A stretch of 64,000 nt of DNA from Cystobasidiomycetes sp. EMM_F5 (Eukaryota), in NCBI GenBank assembly GCA_051047955.1, contig JBPGPT010000006.1, positions 1-64,000 on the forward strand, in the 5' to 3' direction. This document shows, piece after piece, positions 1 to 12,084 of the stretch. Made by a program: the position numbers and the translations under genes. Every line of letters starts with the position of its first letter. Positions within the stretch are counted from its first letter, which is position 1. The notes under the pieces are model-generated. The model was not told the origin of the DNA and made no database searches. It saw only the letters and a program-made list of their open reading frames with translations.

Positions 1-2
1 AA

Positions 3-1868
3 AGGCAAGCACGCAACAAGGACAAGCCTGGACGACAAAAGCCTAAGCGACAGGTCGCAGAGCCCAATGTTGAACGCTGGCACGAGATCCAGAGTCATCT
101 CCTCGATCCAAGTACTGGCGCAGACATTACAAGGGCCGAATCGCTCCGAGTGGACATAGTAATACGACGATTCATGCTATCACCTAATCTCACAGTGGAA
201 CAGTCTGCTAGTGCTCACACAACCGTACTCACCCTCCTTCTTTCGTATACGTTCCCCGAGATCAACGACGTAGAACTGCAGGGGCGCGTCCGCTTAGCTG
301 AGGAGAATCCTAATATCGAACACCGGACTCTGCTGGCAGATAGGGCATACCTCGCCATTCCTCGCGATCTTCGTCAGCGAGCTGGTGCTGTAGCTCGTGA
401 TATCGTCCGCGATCGAGCGATGGTCATAGCCGCTACGAACGACCACACGCACATCAGCCATGCTTCGCGCTTATTGGCCAGGGGCAACTGCACGTCATAC
501 ATGGACGAGGCAGGACAAGCACCTCCTTACATGGGCTACTCTCACTGCGTCCTCTTTCCTCACACTGTTGCAGTTGCCGACGTGCACCAACCTCAAAATC
601 AGGTGGCTGCATCTACGGCTCAAGTTCCTCTCGACAGTCCGGCACGCAAGTCTCTGCACATGCAGCTCGTCTCCCGTACTGAAGGCCAGCAAGCATCCTG
701 TATTGATCCCGACTTTGCACTGATTCACAATCGTCGCTGCAATCCCACCGTCACATACGCTCTCAGCAGTATCTACTGTGATGCAATGATGTTATATCCA
801 GAAGACGAAGCTTTCCTAAGTGCTACAACGCATCCTATCTCGAAACTGTATCGCGCAGCCCGTCCTTTCACCTTCTGGAACATCAAGGCTTCCGCTACCA
901 AGAAGGGTACCTCGTTCTACAATGCCGGCGAGGCGGAATGCATGATGGTATGGCATGACGAGATCCTTCGGGCTATCGAACGTCTCGAGACGTTATACCC
1001 TGTTACGATGGCCAAGTTTGCCGCCAGCAAGTACAGCGGCAAAGACGTCATGATGGTCGTGCCTTACTCAATACAACGCGAGCGACTCAAGGACATGCAC
1101 GATGCACGCGGACTATCTATCGTTACGGAAAACAAATTTGGCAACATGACTGAACGACAAACTCGATATATTGGCGATCCCCGCACGGTAATGCAGGCTA
1201 TGAGTCTCGAGGCATCTTGGAGCATTGCAGGAGGAGTGAGAGCCGTTGTCGAAGAGGACGAACCCAGAGATGACATCATCAAGGATCTCGACCAAGAGCA
1301 GCAAGGCGAAGCGGCTGCCAATCTCGACGCTGGCCAAAATGGATGGGGGCAGAGGGCAAGTCGTACTCCTGCCGGCTTTGTCGACAAAGCCAAGCTCTAC
1401 GTTGAGATGACTCGCGGCGTCTACGGTACTGCCGTCATGCTCGATGCTGACCTCTATCTATCGGATCCTCGGCACTCTGGCACGGTCCAACGTCTCATGG
1501 ACTGTGCTAAAGAAGCCGGTACCTACTTTGAGGTGGAGCGCGCTGACGACATCAGGCAGGCTTTCGCTGCTGGCAACAAGATTGCTGGACCCAAAGCGTC
1601 AGTGTCGAATAAGTCGAGCCATGGATCGGATGGATTCCACGGCAAGGGCAAGGGCAAGGGCAAGGGCAAGGGCAAGGGCAAGGGCAAGCAGGTAGACCGG
1701 GGCGGCAACGGGGGGTACAACGACAGTCCGTGGGCTGACACTGACGACTCGAGCAACCCACCGGCGGCACGGAGATGGGACGAAGCTGCAGTCACGCGCA
1801 TGGAGGAGCAGATTATAGTGATCAATCCATCGGAAATCGTTCAGACTAGCATGCGGGCTATGCATTGA
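3..1868 (+). CDS. Divergent Upf1/DNA2/NAM7-like superfamily 1 helicase, C-terminal part (5' end lies outside the window)
   Basis: Frame is open from nt 3 to TGA at 1866-1868 with no intron needed. SF1B motifs occur in order: VIAAT, YMDEAGQ (Walker B, 498-518), ADVHQ (motif III), [38 protein letters not shown] (V), KLYVEMTRG (VI). Walker A is not in the window. Confidence 0.7.
   Translation, partial: RQARNKDKPGRQKPKRQVAEPNVERWHEIQSHLLDPSTGADITRAESLRVDIVIRRFMLSPNLTVEQSASAHTTVLTLLLSYTFPEINDVELQGRVRLAEENPNIEHRTLLADRAYLAIPRDLRQRAGAVARDIVRDRAMVIAATNDHTHISHASRLLARGNCTSYMDEAGQAPPYMGYSHCVLFPHTVAVADVHQPQNQVAASTAQVPLDSPARKSLHMQLVSRTEGQQASCIDPDFALIHNRRCNPTVTYALSSIYCDAMMLYPEDEAFLSATTHPISKLYRAARPFTFWNIKASATKKGTSFYNAGEAECMMVWHDEILRAIERLETLYPVTMAKFAASKYSGKDVMMVVPYSIQRERLKDMHDARGLSIVTENKFGNMTERQTRYIGDPRTVMQAMSLEASWSIAGGVRAVVEEDEPRDDIIKDLDQEQQGEAAANLDAGQNGWGQRASRTPAGFVDKAKLYVEMTRGVYGTAVMLDADLYLSDPRHSGTVQRLMDCAKEAGTYFEVERADDIRQAFAAGNKIAGPKASVSNKSSHGSDGFHGKGKGKGKGKGKGKGKQVDRGGNGGYNDSPWADTDDSSNPPAARRWDEAAVTRMEEQIIVINPSEIVQTSMRAMH
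1641..1688 (+). repeat. Perfect (GGCAAG)8 hexanucleotide repeat encoding (GK)8
   Basis: Read directly from sequence, within the C-terminal tail of the helicase ORF. Confidence 0.95.
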
Positions 1869-2524
1869 GAGAGTAGCACATCCTGTCAGGTCATGAACTT
1901 TCAGGCACAATTCAATCATCCGGCGTAGACTGGTCTTCATGTAGAACAAAGATGAAAACGTTGCTTTTCTGCGTTCCGACAACTGCACTATTAGGGGGAG
2001 GGGTGCAAATCTGCATTTTTGGTGCAAATGTGTATCTGGTGCAAGTGTATATTCAAACAACGCGGATATCTGGTCTACGTATTCGTTGTAGGTGTTGTAT
2101 ATGATGCAGGCAGTCAACTATCGTCGCTTCTGTTGCCTCTGTCCAGGTCTCCCTTTGCTCGTGTATAGCGGTCCCGAGGCGATCGGCAGCGCCGCGCGGC
2201 GCTGCCACCTTTGAGAGCAATCCAACTCGATAAAGCAGGCAAGCGATGACTGATGCAACGAGAACATGATATGAACGACTATGCACACTGCTGGCATCGC
2301 CGGCTTCCAACGGCTTTTCATATCTGCAGATTGGACTCCGAGGCTGGCGGGGATGTGATGGGCACAGCTGAAGCCATGGTGCATATACCGCATACTGCGA
2401 TACTGGGTCATGGTCTGGTAATCATTGTACTGGCGCGTTTAGAGCTTGGTTACAAAGCAAGAGATTGAATACAACAACGACTACACTGAAATTTGCCAGA
2501 AGCCACACTGGCAAATGGCGCTAA

Positions 2525-4092
2525 TCAAGCGAAATGCAACCTCATATAGAACATGAGCATCTGAGCATACAAAGCCAAGCCTGTCGCTTGCAGATGAACG
2601 TAGTCGGCGACTGCGGGGTGTACGCAATGATCTCGCTTCAGTATCATTCCAGAGCAGACAAGCTCCATCAATCACTTACAATCTCCAGTATACGCCTGCG
2701 TGACTCTAGCGACGTCAAATAAGTCAAACTTGGGGATCGATGGCAACGTCGAATTGATGGCAATCTTGCCCTGCTCGCGGAATAGTGATTGTGTAACGGC
2801 GTTGATCTGCCAGACTTTGGCAGTCGCCATCGGAGTGCGCGGTATAGCTGCGTACGGCTTGCCTGATGCTGACAGCGGCAAGTTTGCCAAGAACCAGTCG
2901 CCAGTCGTAGCCGGCGTGACATGGTGTATCGTCCGATACATAATCTTGCTTTGCGGCCAATGCTGCCGTATGGCTTGCAGTAGTTGTATACTCCTCTCGC
3001 GAATTGTCATTACTGTCTCCAACGGCAATATTTCTGCATCAGGCGCATTGTCTCTGACATCTCGGATATTTGCAGTCGCAAGATCCCAAAGCCTGTGACA
3101 TGCAAACCCATTTCAGTACTGCGCGCCGGGCAGAGACGGAAAGGAATGTAGGCGTACCCAGAAGACGTAATAACGAGGTCCGGGTCTGAAACTCCCTTCT
3201 TCTTCAGCGCTTTATTGAAGAGTTTGAGCTTATTCTCCACTTTTCGTGGTGCGCGCGTCTGGTCCTACATTTCGGAAGTGTGTGTGTAAAAAATCAGCAC
3301 GTTGAGCTGTGTCAACACAACAAGGGAGCCTACCTTGAAGGCCCATTCGTTCTCGCTTGCGGTCAAGACACCGTAAAACATGACTGACCATACCTTGAGG
3401 CCCCCGAGATAGTCCGGCAGCGTGCATAGATGCGGCTCGGAAAACTCGTCATAGTAGTTGTCTGGCGTGACGATGGTGGACAGATCGTTTGGAGGAATAT
3501 GAAGTGCGTTGTAGGTGAGTTTTGCGGCCGGTACAATGTTTCGACAGAAATGATCGACAAAGAAACGATCGACGCTGTCGCCTAGCAGGACAACAGTCTT
3601 GTTGACGAGATGATTGAGCTTGACAGATTTGTGCAAGGCCTGAATATCATCCCATCCGTCTCCGAGCTTGAGGTCCGCTTCGAGTCCAGACTGGCCTCGC
3701 TCCTGGAGACTCATTGCCTGATCCATTTCGAGGAAGCGAGATACTTCGTGCTTGTTGACAGACGCGCCTTTCTGCATGACTAGCAGTCCTGGTTGCGCAT
3801 AGTAGTCTGGTCGAGGGGAAGCATGCCGAATTGCCAGAGAGAGCGAGAGGTCAGGAAAGTATAAAGACTCTCCTAGCCATGCTTGTTGAGCAAATGTGCC
3901 CATCGATATAATGACCGCGGTGAGGACGGCCAGGCTGGTAGTCTTCCATTGACGACTACGGCTCGCCTCTAGAAGTGGACATGAAGGAGATGAATCTGAT
4001 GATCTTATCGAGATAGGTGCATACCCTTCGTGGGTACTGCCTGACGTTTGCCAAGGCAGAGCCGACCGATACGATTTCTCTTCGTGCGTCAT
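2525..4092 (-). CDS. Cap64/Cas3-like SGNH-fold protein with an N-terminal membrane anchor (4 exons)
   Basis: Hydrophobic segment LAVLTAVIISMG, then VVLLGDSVDR. SSGLWDL is rebuilt across an intron, and the last exon gives DYVH (DxxH) before TGA at 2525-2527. Introns are GT-AG (e.g. 3265-3333). Confidence 0.65.
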
Positions 4093-4819
4093 GTTTAGGG
4101 GTTAGTTGACGAGGAGGGTGATACGATAGTGTGGGCAGGTTCAGAGAAGTGGTACAGTTGGCAAAGAAGGTGCATGGCAAACGTAAGAGACGGCGAGTGA
4201 TGACGGCCTTGTTTACACGTTGTTTACGAGGTAAACAGTGCTGTCGGCAACGCATTCCGCGTTAGAGTACATAGGCGCAGCATACGTACGGTCACGGCAA
4301 GCTAGATCAGCGGGTAAGTTGAGTTCATTATGCAAGGAGGCTCAGGCATTAGTTAGTCAATAGCAATCTTGCTTTGAGTGGGCTTGGAATAAGTTAAGTT
4401 AGGTTAGTTTATCTTCCAACTCGCTTTGGGCTCGGCATGCCTTCAAGTACGTACTATAGCCTGGCATGCGCGCAGAAGAAGCTCAGCCTGCAATTCTGCT
4501 GTAAGTTAGAGGGAGCAAGGACACTATACATACAGTACTCTAGCCAAGTCGCAAACATGGACACCGGTTTCGGAATCGAAAGTGGTGCGGAGGCCAGAAG
4601 CAGGCTGGCGCTCAAATCTCAGGCACGTATATGGCACTGTACGCGTCTCAACGCAGACGAAGTGATCTTCTGCTGAATCAACGCCTGCAATACATTACAT
4701 GTACATGACATCGCTCAAAATACAACTGCTGTCGTGCTAGGACATGAAACGAAAAGATCAAGCAAGGCGAAACAGGCACACACATATCCTGCAGGGCCAT
4801 GAAGGTCGGCGCCGCACAA

Positions 4820-7040
4820 TCAGACTGCATTCTTGGTCGTCGTCTTGCTGATAAGCTTGGCCTTCTCAATCTGCGACTTGGAGTTCGCGACCAGTTTCTT
4901 CTTGTATTGCGTAATGTCGATACCTTGCCTTGTCAGATTCACAATCTTCTTGTCTTTCACCTCCCACAGCTCTTCCGCGACCAAGCTCAACAGACGGAAA
5001 TCGTGCGATACGACCACGACGCCGCCCTCAAACTTCTTGATGGCAGTAGCCAGCGCGTCAATCGATTGCATGTCCAAGTGATTTGTCGGTTCGTCGAGTA
5101 GGAGGATGTGTGGATACTCCATTGACAATTGTGAAAAGACGACACGATCTGAAACCCAAAAGGTGAGATCAGCTGCTGCGCTTCTTCATCTCGTTTCTGA
5201 CATTACAACTCACTCCTCAGACCATCAGATAATTGGTTGATGGGGCTGGTCTGATGCGCTCCCGAGAGACCAAATCGTCCAATCTGTTGCCTCCAGAACT
5301 GAAGATCCTTGCTTGGAAACTTGAGCTTGTACAGTGTCTCAAAGTACTCCAATGGCGACTTGTCGTACGGCAGCTGATCGGCAGAGTGCTGCGAGTATTT
5401 CGCCAGTTTGAGCGCAGGATGCCGGCTGACGCTGCCGCGGATGGGAGTGAGGGCACCGGTGATGAGATTCAGTAGAGTGGATTTACCAGTACCATTGGCA
5501 CCGACGATGGCAATACGCGAGTCCATACTGTAGTGGGCGCGTTAGACATTTTCTAGCTTTCGCAAAGAAACGATGGTGACTTACTCGATACCGAGAGAAA
5601 GATCCTTGTACAGTGCATCCTTGATGTCGCCGGAGTAAGCAAACGCAACATCGCTGAAAGCAATATTGGGCGGTGGTAGTTTGGCGACACTCTCAAAGTC
5701 AAACTTGATCATCTTTGGCTTGGAGACGGGCTGAATCAATCCAGCGGCCTCCATCTTGTCGATAATCTTTTGCTTGGACTTGGCCTGCTTGACGAGATTG
5801 GCATAAGTACCAGCCGAGGCAATGAATTGCTTGATGTGGGCAATCTCCTCCTGCTGCTTGGCGTACGCCTTCATTTGGTTTGTCTCGTTGTCAGACTTTG
5901 TTCGTACGTAGGTCGAGTAGTTTCCTCCATAGTAGACGAGCTTCTTTTCGACAGTCAAGTCCATGATGTTTGTGCAAACGGTGTCCATAAAGTCTTGCGA
6001 GTGTGAAGTGATGACGAGAATGTGATTGTAGGTTGACAGGTACGCTTCGAGCCACACGACAGCTTCGAGATCCAAGTGATTCGTAGGCTCGTCGAGCAAG
6101 AGTAGATGGGGCTTGATGAACAGAGCACGGGCGAGAGCGACACGCATCCTCCAACCACCAGACATGTCCTTTGTCGGCTTCTTCATCATTGCCTGATCGA
6201 AACCCAGACCATTCAGGATAGCACCAGCTTTGGCCTCAAAGGTGGACGGATCGAGCTCTTCTAGCTCTTCGTACTTGAGTTCCAGACCGACTTCGTCAAT
6301 GTCATCGGCCATTGACATTTCTTCGATCTGTTGCTCGATACGGGCAACCTTTTCGCGAGCAGAGTTTACGATAAAGTCGACAGCGTTGACGTCGGAAGGA
6401 TCAGCTTCTCCGGCTACCAAGTAGATCTGAGCGTGTGAAATAGTCAGCCTGCCATTCGGCGATATGGATGCCAACCAAAACATACATCAATATGCTCTGG
6501 AATCTCTACATCCCGCTGAGCCAGTGAGCGCAGGAATGTCGTCTTTCCTGACCCATTCTCTCCCAACAGACCGTATCGTTGGCCATAGTTGAGCGCAATA
6601 TCGGCATTCTCGATAAGCAATCTACCGTGAAACGACAGACTGTACGTGTCGATGTGTATATCACGGCTCTTTGGATCCGACGAGAGGACACCAGACCCCG
6701 AACGATCAGTGTCGAGTCGTAGTTTGGCGAGCGCATTCAGGTCTTCTGTTGATCCATTGGCGGAAATGCTCGTCAATGGTGTGTTTGTGCCGTTTGTGCC
6801 AGGGGCAGATCCGTTTTCTGAAGCGGCGCTGCTCTTGCTCGTCGCGCTCTTCTTTGCGGCCTAGAGTGGATGTAGGAGTGTGTACATTAGCACAGCGCCC
6901 ACTTGTGATTTGCAGTCAGATTATCACACCTTTTCAGCCAAACGTTTTTGCTTTGACGCGGAAAGGGCTGTGGGAGGGAATGTAAGCGATACGGGCAATC
7001 TGCGTGCAGTCAGATGAGTGAGCGTACAAGCTGGAGCCAT
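4820..7040 (-). CDS. ARB1: ABC-F ATPase (ABCF2/Arb1)
   Basis: Two ABC domains (GENGSGKT, MSGGW, LLLLDEPTNHLD; GANGTGKS, LSDG, LLLDEPTNHLD), no TM segments. Start MAPA at 7040. Canonical introns join the ORFs. Confidence 0.92.
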
Positions 7041-7328
7041 GTTTGCTAGCTAAAAGTGCAAGATTTTACTTGAAATTGGGTGAAATCTGCTGTAGACGTG
7101 AGCGCGAGGTGGCTCAAATTGGACGAGATGTGCGCTCGAGTCTTGCGCAGGGATGGTGAGGAGTACAGCGGCGTCAGAGGTAGTCCAGGTTGTCAGGATG
7201 GCGGCTACAGAGCAGCAGTTGGCCTGTCGCAAATCATCGAGGGCCCTTTGAAATTTCAAGCAATCGGATGCAGACCTTTACTGGAGTCTTGTGAAAATTC
7301 TGCATGGTCTGCGTTTGAACAATGGACA

Positions 7329-10300
7329 ATGAATGGCTCCCAGACAGGACTCTTACGGGCAGTCCAGCTGAGTCCCGCAGGCTGGCCAGCGAGTAGCAGC
7401 ACTGGGAGCGCGTCATGGTGCTGCCGGACAATATCGACGAGTCCGGTCAGTCTATGGCGGAGTCTGGATGAGCGGCAGGCTGCACTGCATCGCTACGACC
7501 AGAGTCCCGCAGTGGTAGAACGGCGAAGGCAGGAAACCGCCCAGAGAGAACTGCGGAATCAACAAAAGTCTTGGTCGAAAGATGGCTACAACAACGCTCG
7601 AGGCAGCTTTGTGGACGATGCGCCTGCAAGGAATTATAGAGATCACTCGTACGCAAACGATGAATCGCAAGGAGCGCCATTTCTGCAGAGAAAACTGCGA
7701 AGAAATCATCGAAACCGACCGCAGGCGTTAGGGGTTTTTAGTGACGTTCAGGCCATACCGGACGGCGAGGAGACACATGCACTACACTTCAAAGAGCGAA
7801 GAGATGTATTGACCGAGTCAACGCGGAGTACAGCTAGCCAGAAGGAGCGCGACGAGCTCAAGGCCAAAATAAAGCAATCCATGGCAAGTCTGCGTAATTT
7901 TCATACGAAACGCCTTCTCTAACTGCACACATTATTCACTCATCCAGGACGCAGTCGCCTCCCTCCCTCCCTTGACCGATCAAGACTTTCAAGACATCTA
8001 CCAGGACCTCTTATCCTATGACTCCGAACCCATACAGCCCAGTAGCCAGCAGAAGCGACTTGGTAGTGCGACAGATACAAGTGACAATTCATCAAATGAA
8101 ATGCAGAGTGAAGCACGCAAGTCGATTCGCCATCGGTTGGAAGAGGTGTTGCTCCGGTTAGAAGGGCAAACGAGCCGAGCATCAAGCAGTATCAAGCTGG
8201 AACAGCAAGACGACCATGTGATGCCCACTATAACAAAGCCTGGAGACCGCCGTGTCAAGGTGTCGTCTGGTCGGCATCGTAGCTCCTATGCGACTCAGTC
8301 GGAAATGCGTCAACGTATACAGCGAATACTCAACGATGCTTTGCGTACTGATGCGAGCGGACTGACACCGGAACAAGGCTCATACTCGACAAGCTTGACG
8401 CCTCAAGAGTGGGCCGCTGTCACATTGTCAGCTGCCAACGAAGGGGACGTCTCTTCATGCCAGCAGATACTGGATCTCATGCAGGTGAGTGTTCGCGCAC
8501 TACAATTCCCAGAACTCCATCCTGACTGATGGTCAATAGCGCGCCAAGGTAATCGTTTCTGACGAGCTCCTCGTTGCCGTCACGAGGCTTTTGTCTCGTT
8601 ACCCCGCTTCGATTCCTCCTTTCTTGACGCATCTACAAATAAACCATCCGTCAATACCCTCAGTGGTACATCATGAGGTTGTAGCAGGTATGGTGCGCGG
8701 CAGACCTGACAATAAAGTCACCGTCCGCGCCGAGCAGTATCTACGAGCTCTCGAAGAATCGCAGACTCCAGCTCTGCCTGACACTTATGCAATAGTGCTC
8801 AAGACATTATTCCATATCCGACATCTATCACCGTCTGCTCGTGCGAGGGCCTGGAATCTGTTTGGACACGCAAGACTGGTTGCACATCCTGTCCCCTCTG
8901 CAGAAATGTACAATGCCATGATCTACGGGTGCGCATTGGATGACGTGTCTGCTCCTGAGCGTGCACTCGACCTCTTCACAGAAATGGTGACGGAAAACGG
9001 CGTGTCGCCTACCTACGAAACGTACGCTGCCTTAGTGAGGGTCTGTGCGCGTTCAAGAAACGATACATTCTTCTTTGAGGCTCTACGACTCCTTCAGGAA
9101 CTACTAGATCGAAACTTTAGACCTGCAAAGGATATTTTCAATTCGGTGCTGGAAGGAACGAGATCTAGGGGAGATCTGCCACGAGCAAAGTGGTTAGTGA
9201 GATCGATGATGAGTCTGGCGAGTGAGGGAAGGCTGGACTCATCACCCACTCCCGATGCAACCATCTTTGCGAATCTGCTGCTCACGTATGCAACGTTTAA
9301 ACCTATTGCGCCGGACATCGCGAAAGCCAAAGACGGACTCGATCCACAGCAGCCTGCCGACGTGTCGACGATTGAGGCGCAGCCCGATGTCTCTGGCGAC
9401 GTCAAGTCGCACGACTTACAATCTTCAAATGACGGGATAGCTCGACATCCTGTCAGCACAGTGGAGCTACAAGGGGAGATGCCAACTTTTTCAGAGCCGT
9501 CGGCGACAGAGACGACTGCAGATATTCTTGCGCAGATCATGGCGTCCGGCAACCCAACAAGTCGAGAACAAGTCATCAAGCAGGTCAAAGCCTTGATGCA
9601 TTGCATTCTGTATCCGTGGCATTCAGCTACGCACGCTGAAGCCGGTAGCGCTACTTCCGAATCTCCTTCAATTAACGACGATGCAGAGCAAGCGCTGGAG
9701 AAAACCGATAGTATGCGATCTGCAGCGCACGGCATTTTGCCTACGCCTCTCCTCCTCAATGCATACCTCAGCGTTCTTCTCGCTCATTCCGATGTTGACA
9801 GTACCGTCTCTGCGTTCTCTACCCTTTTCGACCAGTTCAACGTCCCGTATTCCCATGAATCTTGGGAGATTGTGTTGAATGCGCTCGATAAGCCGACTTC
9901 TGGGAAAGGGACATTGCGAGGGTCGAAAGCCGAGACTGCCGAAAAGCTGTTTGACAAGTGGCAAACATGGTTGCGGGAGGAAAAGGCCTCTAGACCGCCA
10001 GGACAGGTTATTCAATGGGTGAATAGACACACGGAGTTGATCTGGGCTCGCATGATCAGTATCGTAGCGCGGTGGGTGTTCCAACTGATCTTTCGAAGCG
10101 CATTCACTAATTTCCGAATGTGATACTCAGAGCACGCAACCTCGAGCGGGGTGTGCAACTCGTAAACGATTTCTGTAGCCGCTTCCGACCGGATGATATC
10201 GTCATGCATGCCAGTGCTGCCGTTGAACAATCAAGCACGTCACCCGGCTACCTCATACAAATGTCTTCCCACCTCTATCCTGAGACCAGCATCGCCTTTG

Positions 10301-10728
10301 CGAACAGCACGTCTACCGCAGTACCACTTGTCCATCGCCGTCTTCCGCCTGCCCCTACCAAGCCACTGCCAAAGACGTCTTGCACGACCAGACAGGGCGG
10401 ACCAATGGACTCTCCGCCTGCACTCCTCTTCTCGCACGTCTACCCGCTCTTTGCACGTCTGCGCGAAGAAGAAGAGAATGGCAAGGCAGAGTCGATAATT
10501 GACAGACTTGCAGAGTATGCAAAAGCGATGCGTAGAGCGAATGAGATACGGTCCAGAAGAGAGTGCCAAATCCAACAGACGGCTAGGAAAGAGGCTCGCA
10601 AGAACCTACTGACGATGCCGGTTGTGCAACGTCAAGAAGTGGGCAAATCGAGACCGAAACTTGATTATTCGGCTTCGGCAAATCTCCCACTCCATGTGGA
10701 TGGCATATCTAGCGAGCTACACGCTTGA
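7329..10728 (+). CDS. Pentatricopeptide repeat protein, probably mitochondrial (Ccm1-like)
   Basis: PPR-type repeats PSAEMYNAMIYGCA, ERALDLFTEM, PTYETYAALVRVCAR, IFNSVLEG, PTPLLLNAYL. Four exons, the first intron being GC-AG (7884-7947). Start codon is inferred. Confidence 0.8.
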
Positions 10729-11016
10729 CCCAGCAAGTGTAGCCATAGGAGTGACGCCTGTTGCGAGTTGTGATTTCTTGGGAGTTGCTGGAAGTGCACT
10801 GCTGATCTCATTCGCCCGCCGTTTGAACGATATCGTGTTTTGTAACGAAGGAAAGGATGCTCGTAGTGGTACAACAACATGGCACGGACACAGAGAGGTG
10901 GGAATGGTCGGCGTCAAGCAGTAGCTTCGAAAGTACTAGGGTGTCAGAACGTAGTTTGCCTATCAAGGCAGACAATCCGACATACTGAGTGTAGGCCAGT
11001 CTAGATTTGAACACCC

Positions 11017-11482
11017 CTACCGGACCTGCCTGTCCAGCAAATCTTTTGCCTCGTTGATCTTTGACGACAAGTAGGGCGAACCGCCTCTGTCTGGATGGTT
11101 TGCAAGCATAATCTTTCGGTGTGCGTCCTTTATTTTATTCTTTGTCAGATCTCGTTCCCTGCGGTTGGCGAGGTCAGTCTATGAAGGAATATCACTTCAC
11201 CACAATCAAAGATACCCACCTCAGTCCCAATATCGTCGCCGCTTCCTTTCTGTCCATCTTTGCCTGGAATCCTCCTACAATCCATTCCTGCCCGTTTGGC
11301 GCTTTTCCGAGCCTGCTGCTACCCGCTACGCCCGCACCACCGCTGCTTCCGCTGACGTTTCCAGCGATACTCTGCATCAGCGGCGATAGTCTTGCCCCGT
11401 TTCTCGCAGCCGTTCTCAGTGAAGCTCTCGCTGCGACTCCGACGCCCAACAGGGCTCCAGTAGCGAGCAGGAGGGTGGTCAT
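11017..11482 (-). CDS. PAM18: Mitochondrial import motor J-protein Pam18/Tim14
   Basis: [18 protein letters not shown], then after one intron [34 protein letters not shown]. Confidence 0.95.
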
Positions 11483-12084
11483 TTGTGATATCGATAGTGG
11501 ATGTAATTTATGCTCGTTGTCTTTGAAGTCGGTACTCGTCTTGTCGTCGTCTTTGTCGAATTAGAACAAAGCCAACCCTAGTTTGTCCTGGAATCGCAAT
11601 TCAAAGCTCTTCGTCATTGTTGGGTTCAGACTCGGAAGAACATCCTGCAAACTGCGCTGAACTCTGCAAATACTGGGTAATATACTGCTCAGTCAGTAGC
11701 CTCAGCTCAGACTAGCCAGGTCACCGCCAGACTGTGCGACAGGTTATCCAAGTCACCGTACAATTTTGACGAGAGAAAGAACGGCGGGCAAGGCTGTTTA
11801 GCTGCGAACCGGGCAGCTGGAATACACCAAATACGCTCATTGATATCGTAGACACCCGCCCAGCCTCGCCAGTTTACTGCAGCCAATTGATGCCGGGTGT
11901 TTTCGCGTGAAGACTTTCGAGCCGGGTGGACGCGAAACTGCTGTTGGGCTACGTGCAAGCAAGACTGGTACTGCTCAGAAGCTGAATACAGGATCAAGAA
12001 CGACAGAACCGCATAACCCAGGTCCGGCTTGGAGATTGCTCGGTCCGTTTGCCCACCGAAAGAATCTCCAATTTGTCGTAAAAC

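Noticed and set aside
1869..2520. Several short ORFs between the helicase and the SGNH gene
   Set aside because: No recognisable motif and no consistent splice model.
4370..4410. TTAG/TTAGG-like degenerate repeats resembling telomeric sequence
   Set aside because: Too short and irregular; treated as low-complexity intergenic DNA.
4437..4676. Short plus-strand ORF with splice-like signals
   Set aside because: No convincing protein could be assembled; cannot be excluded without transcript data.
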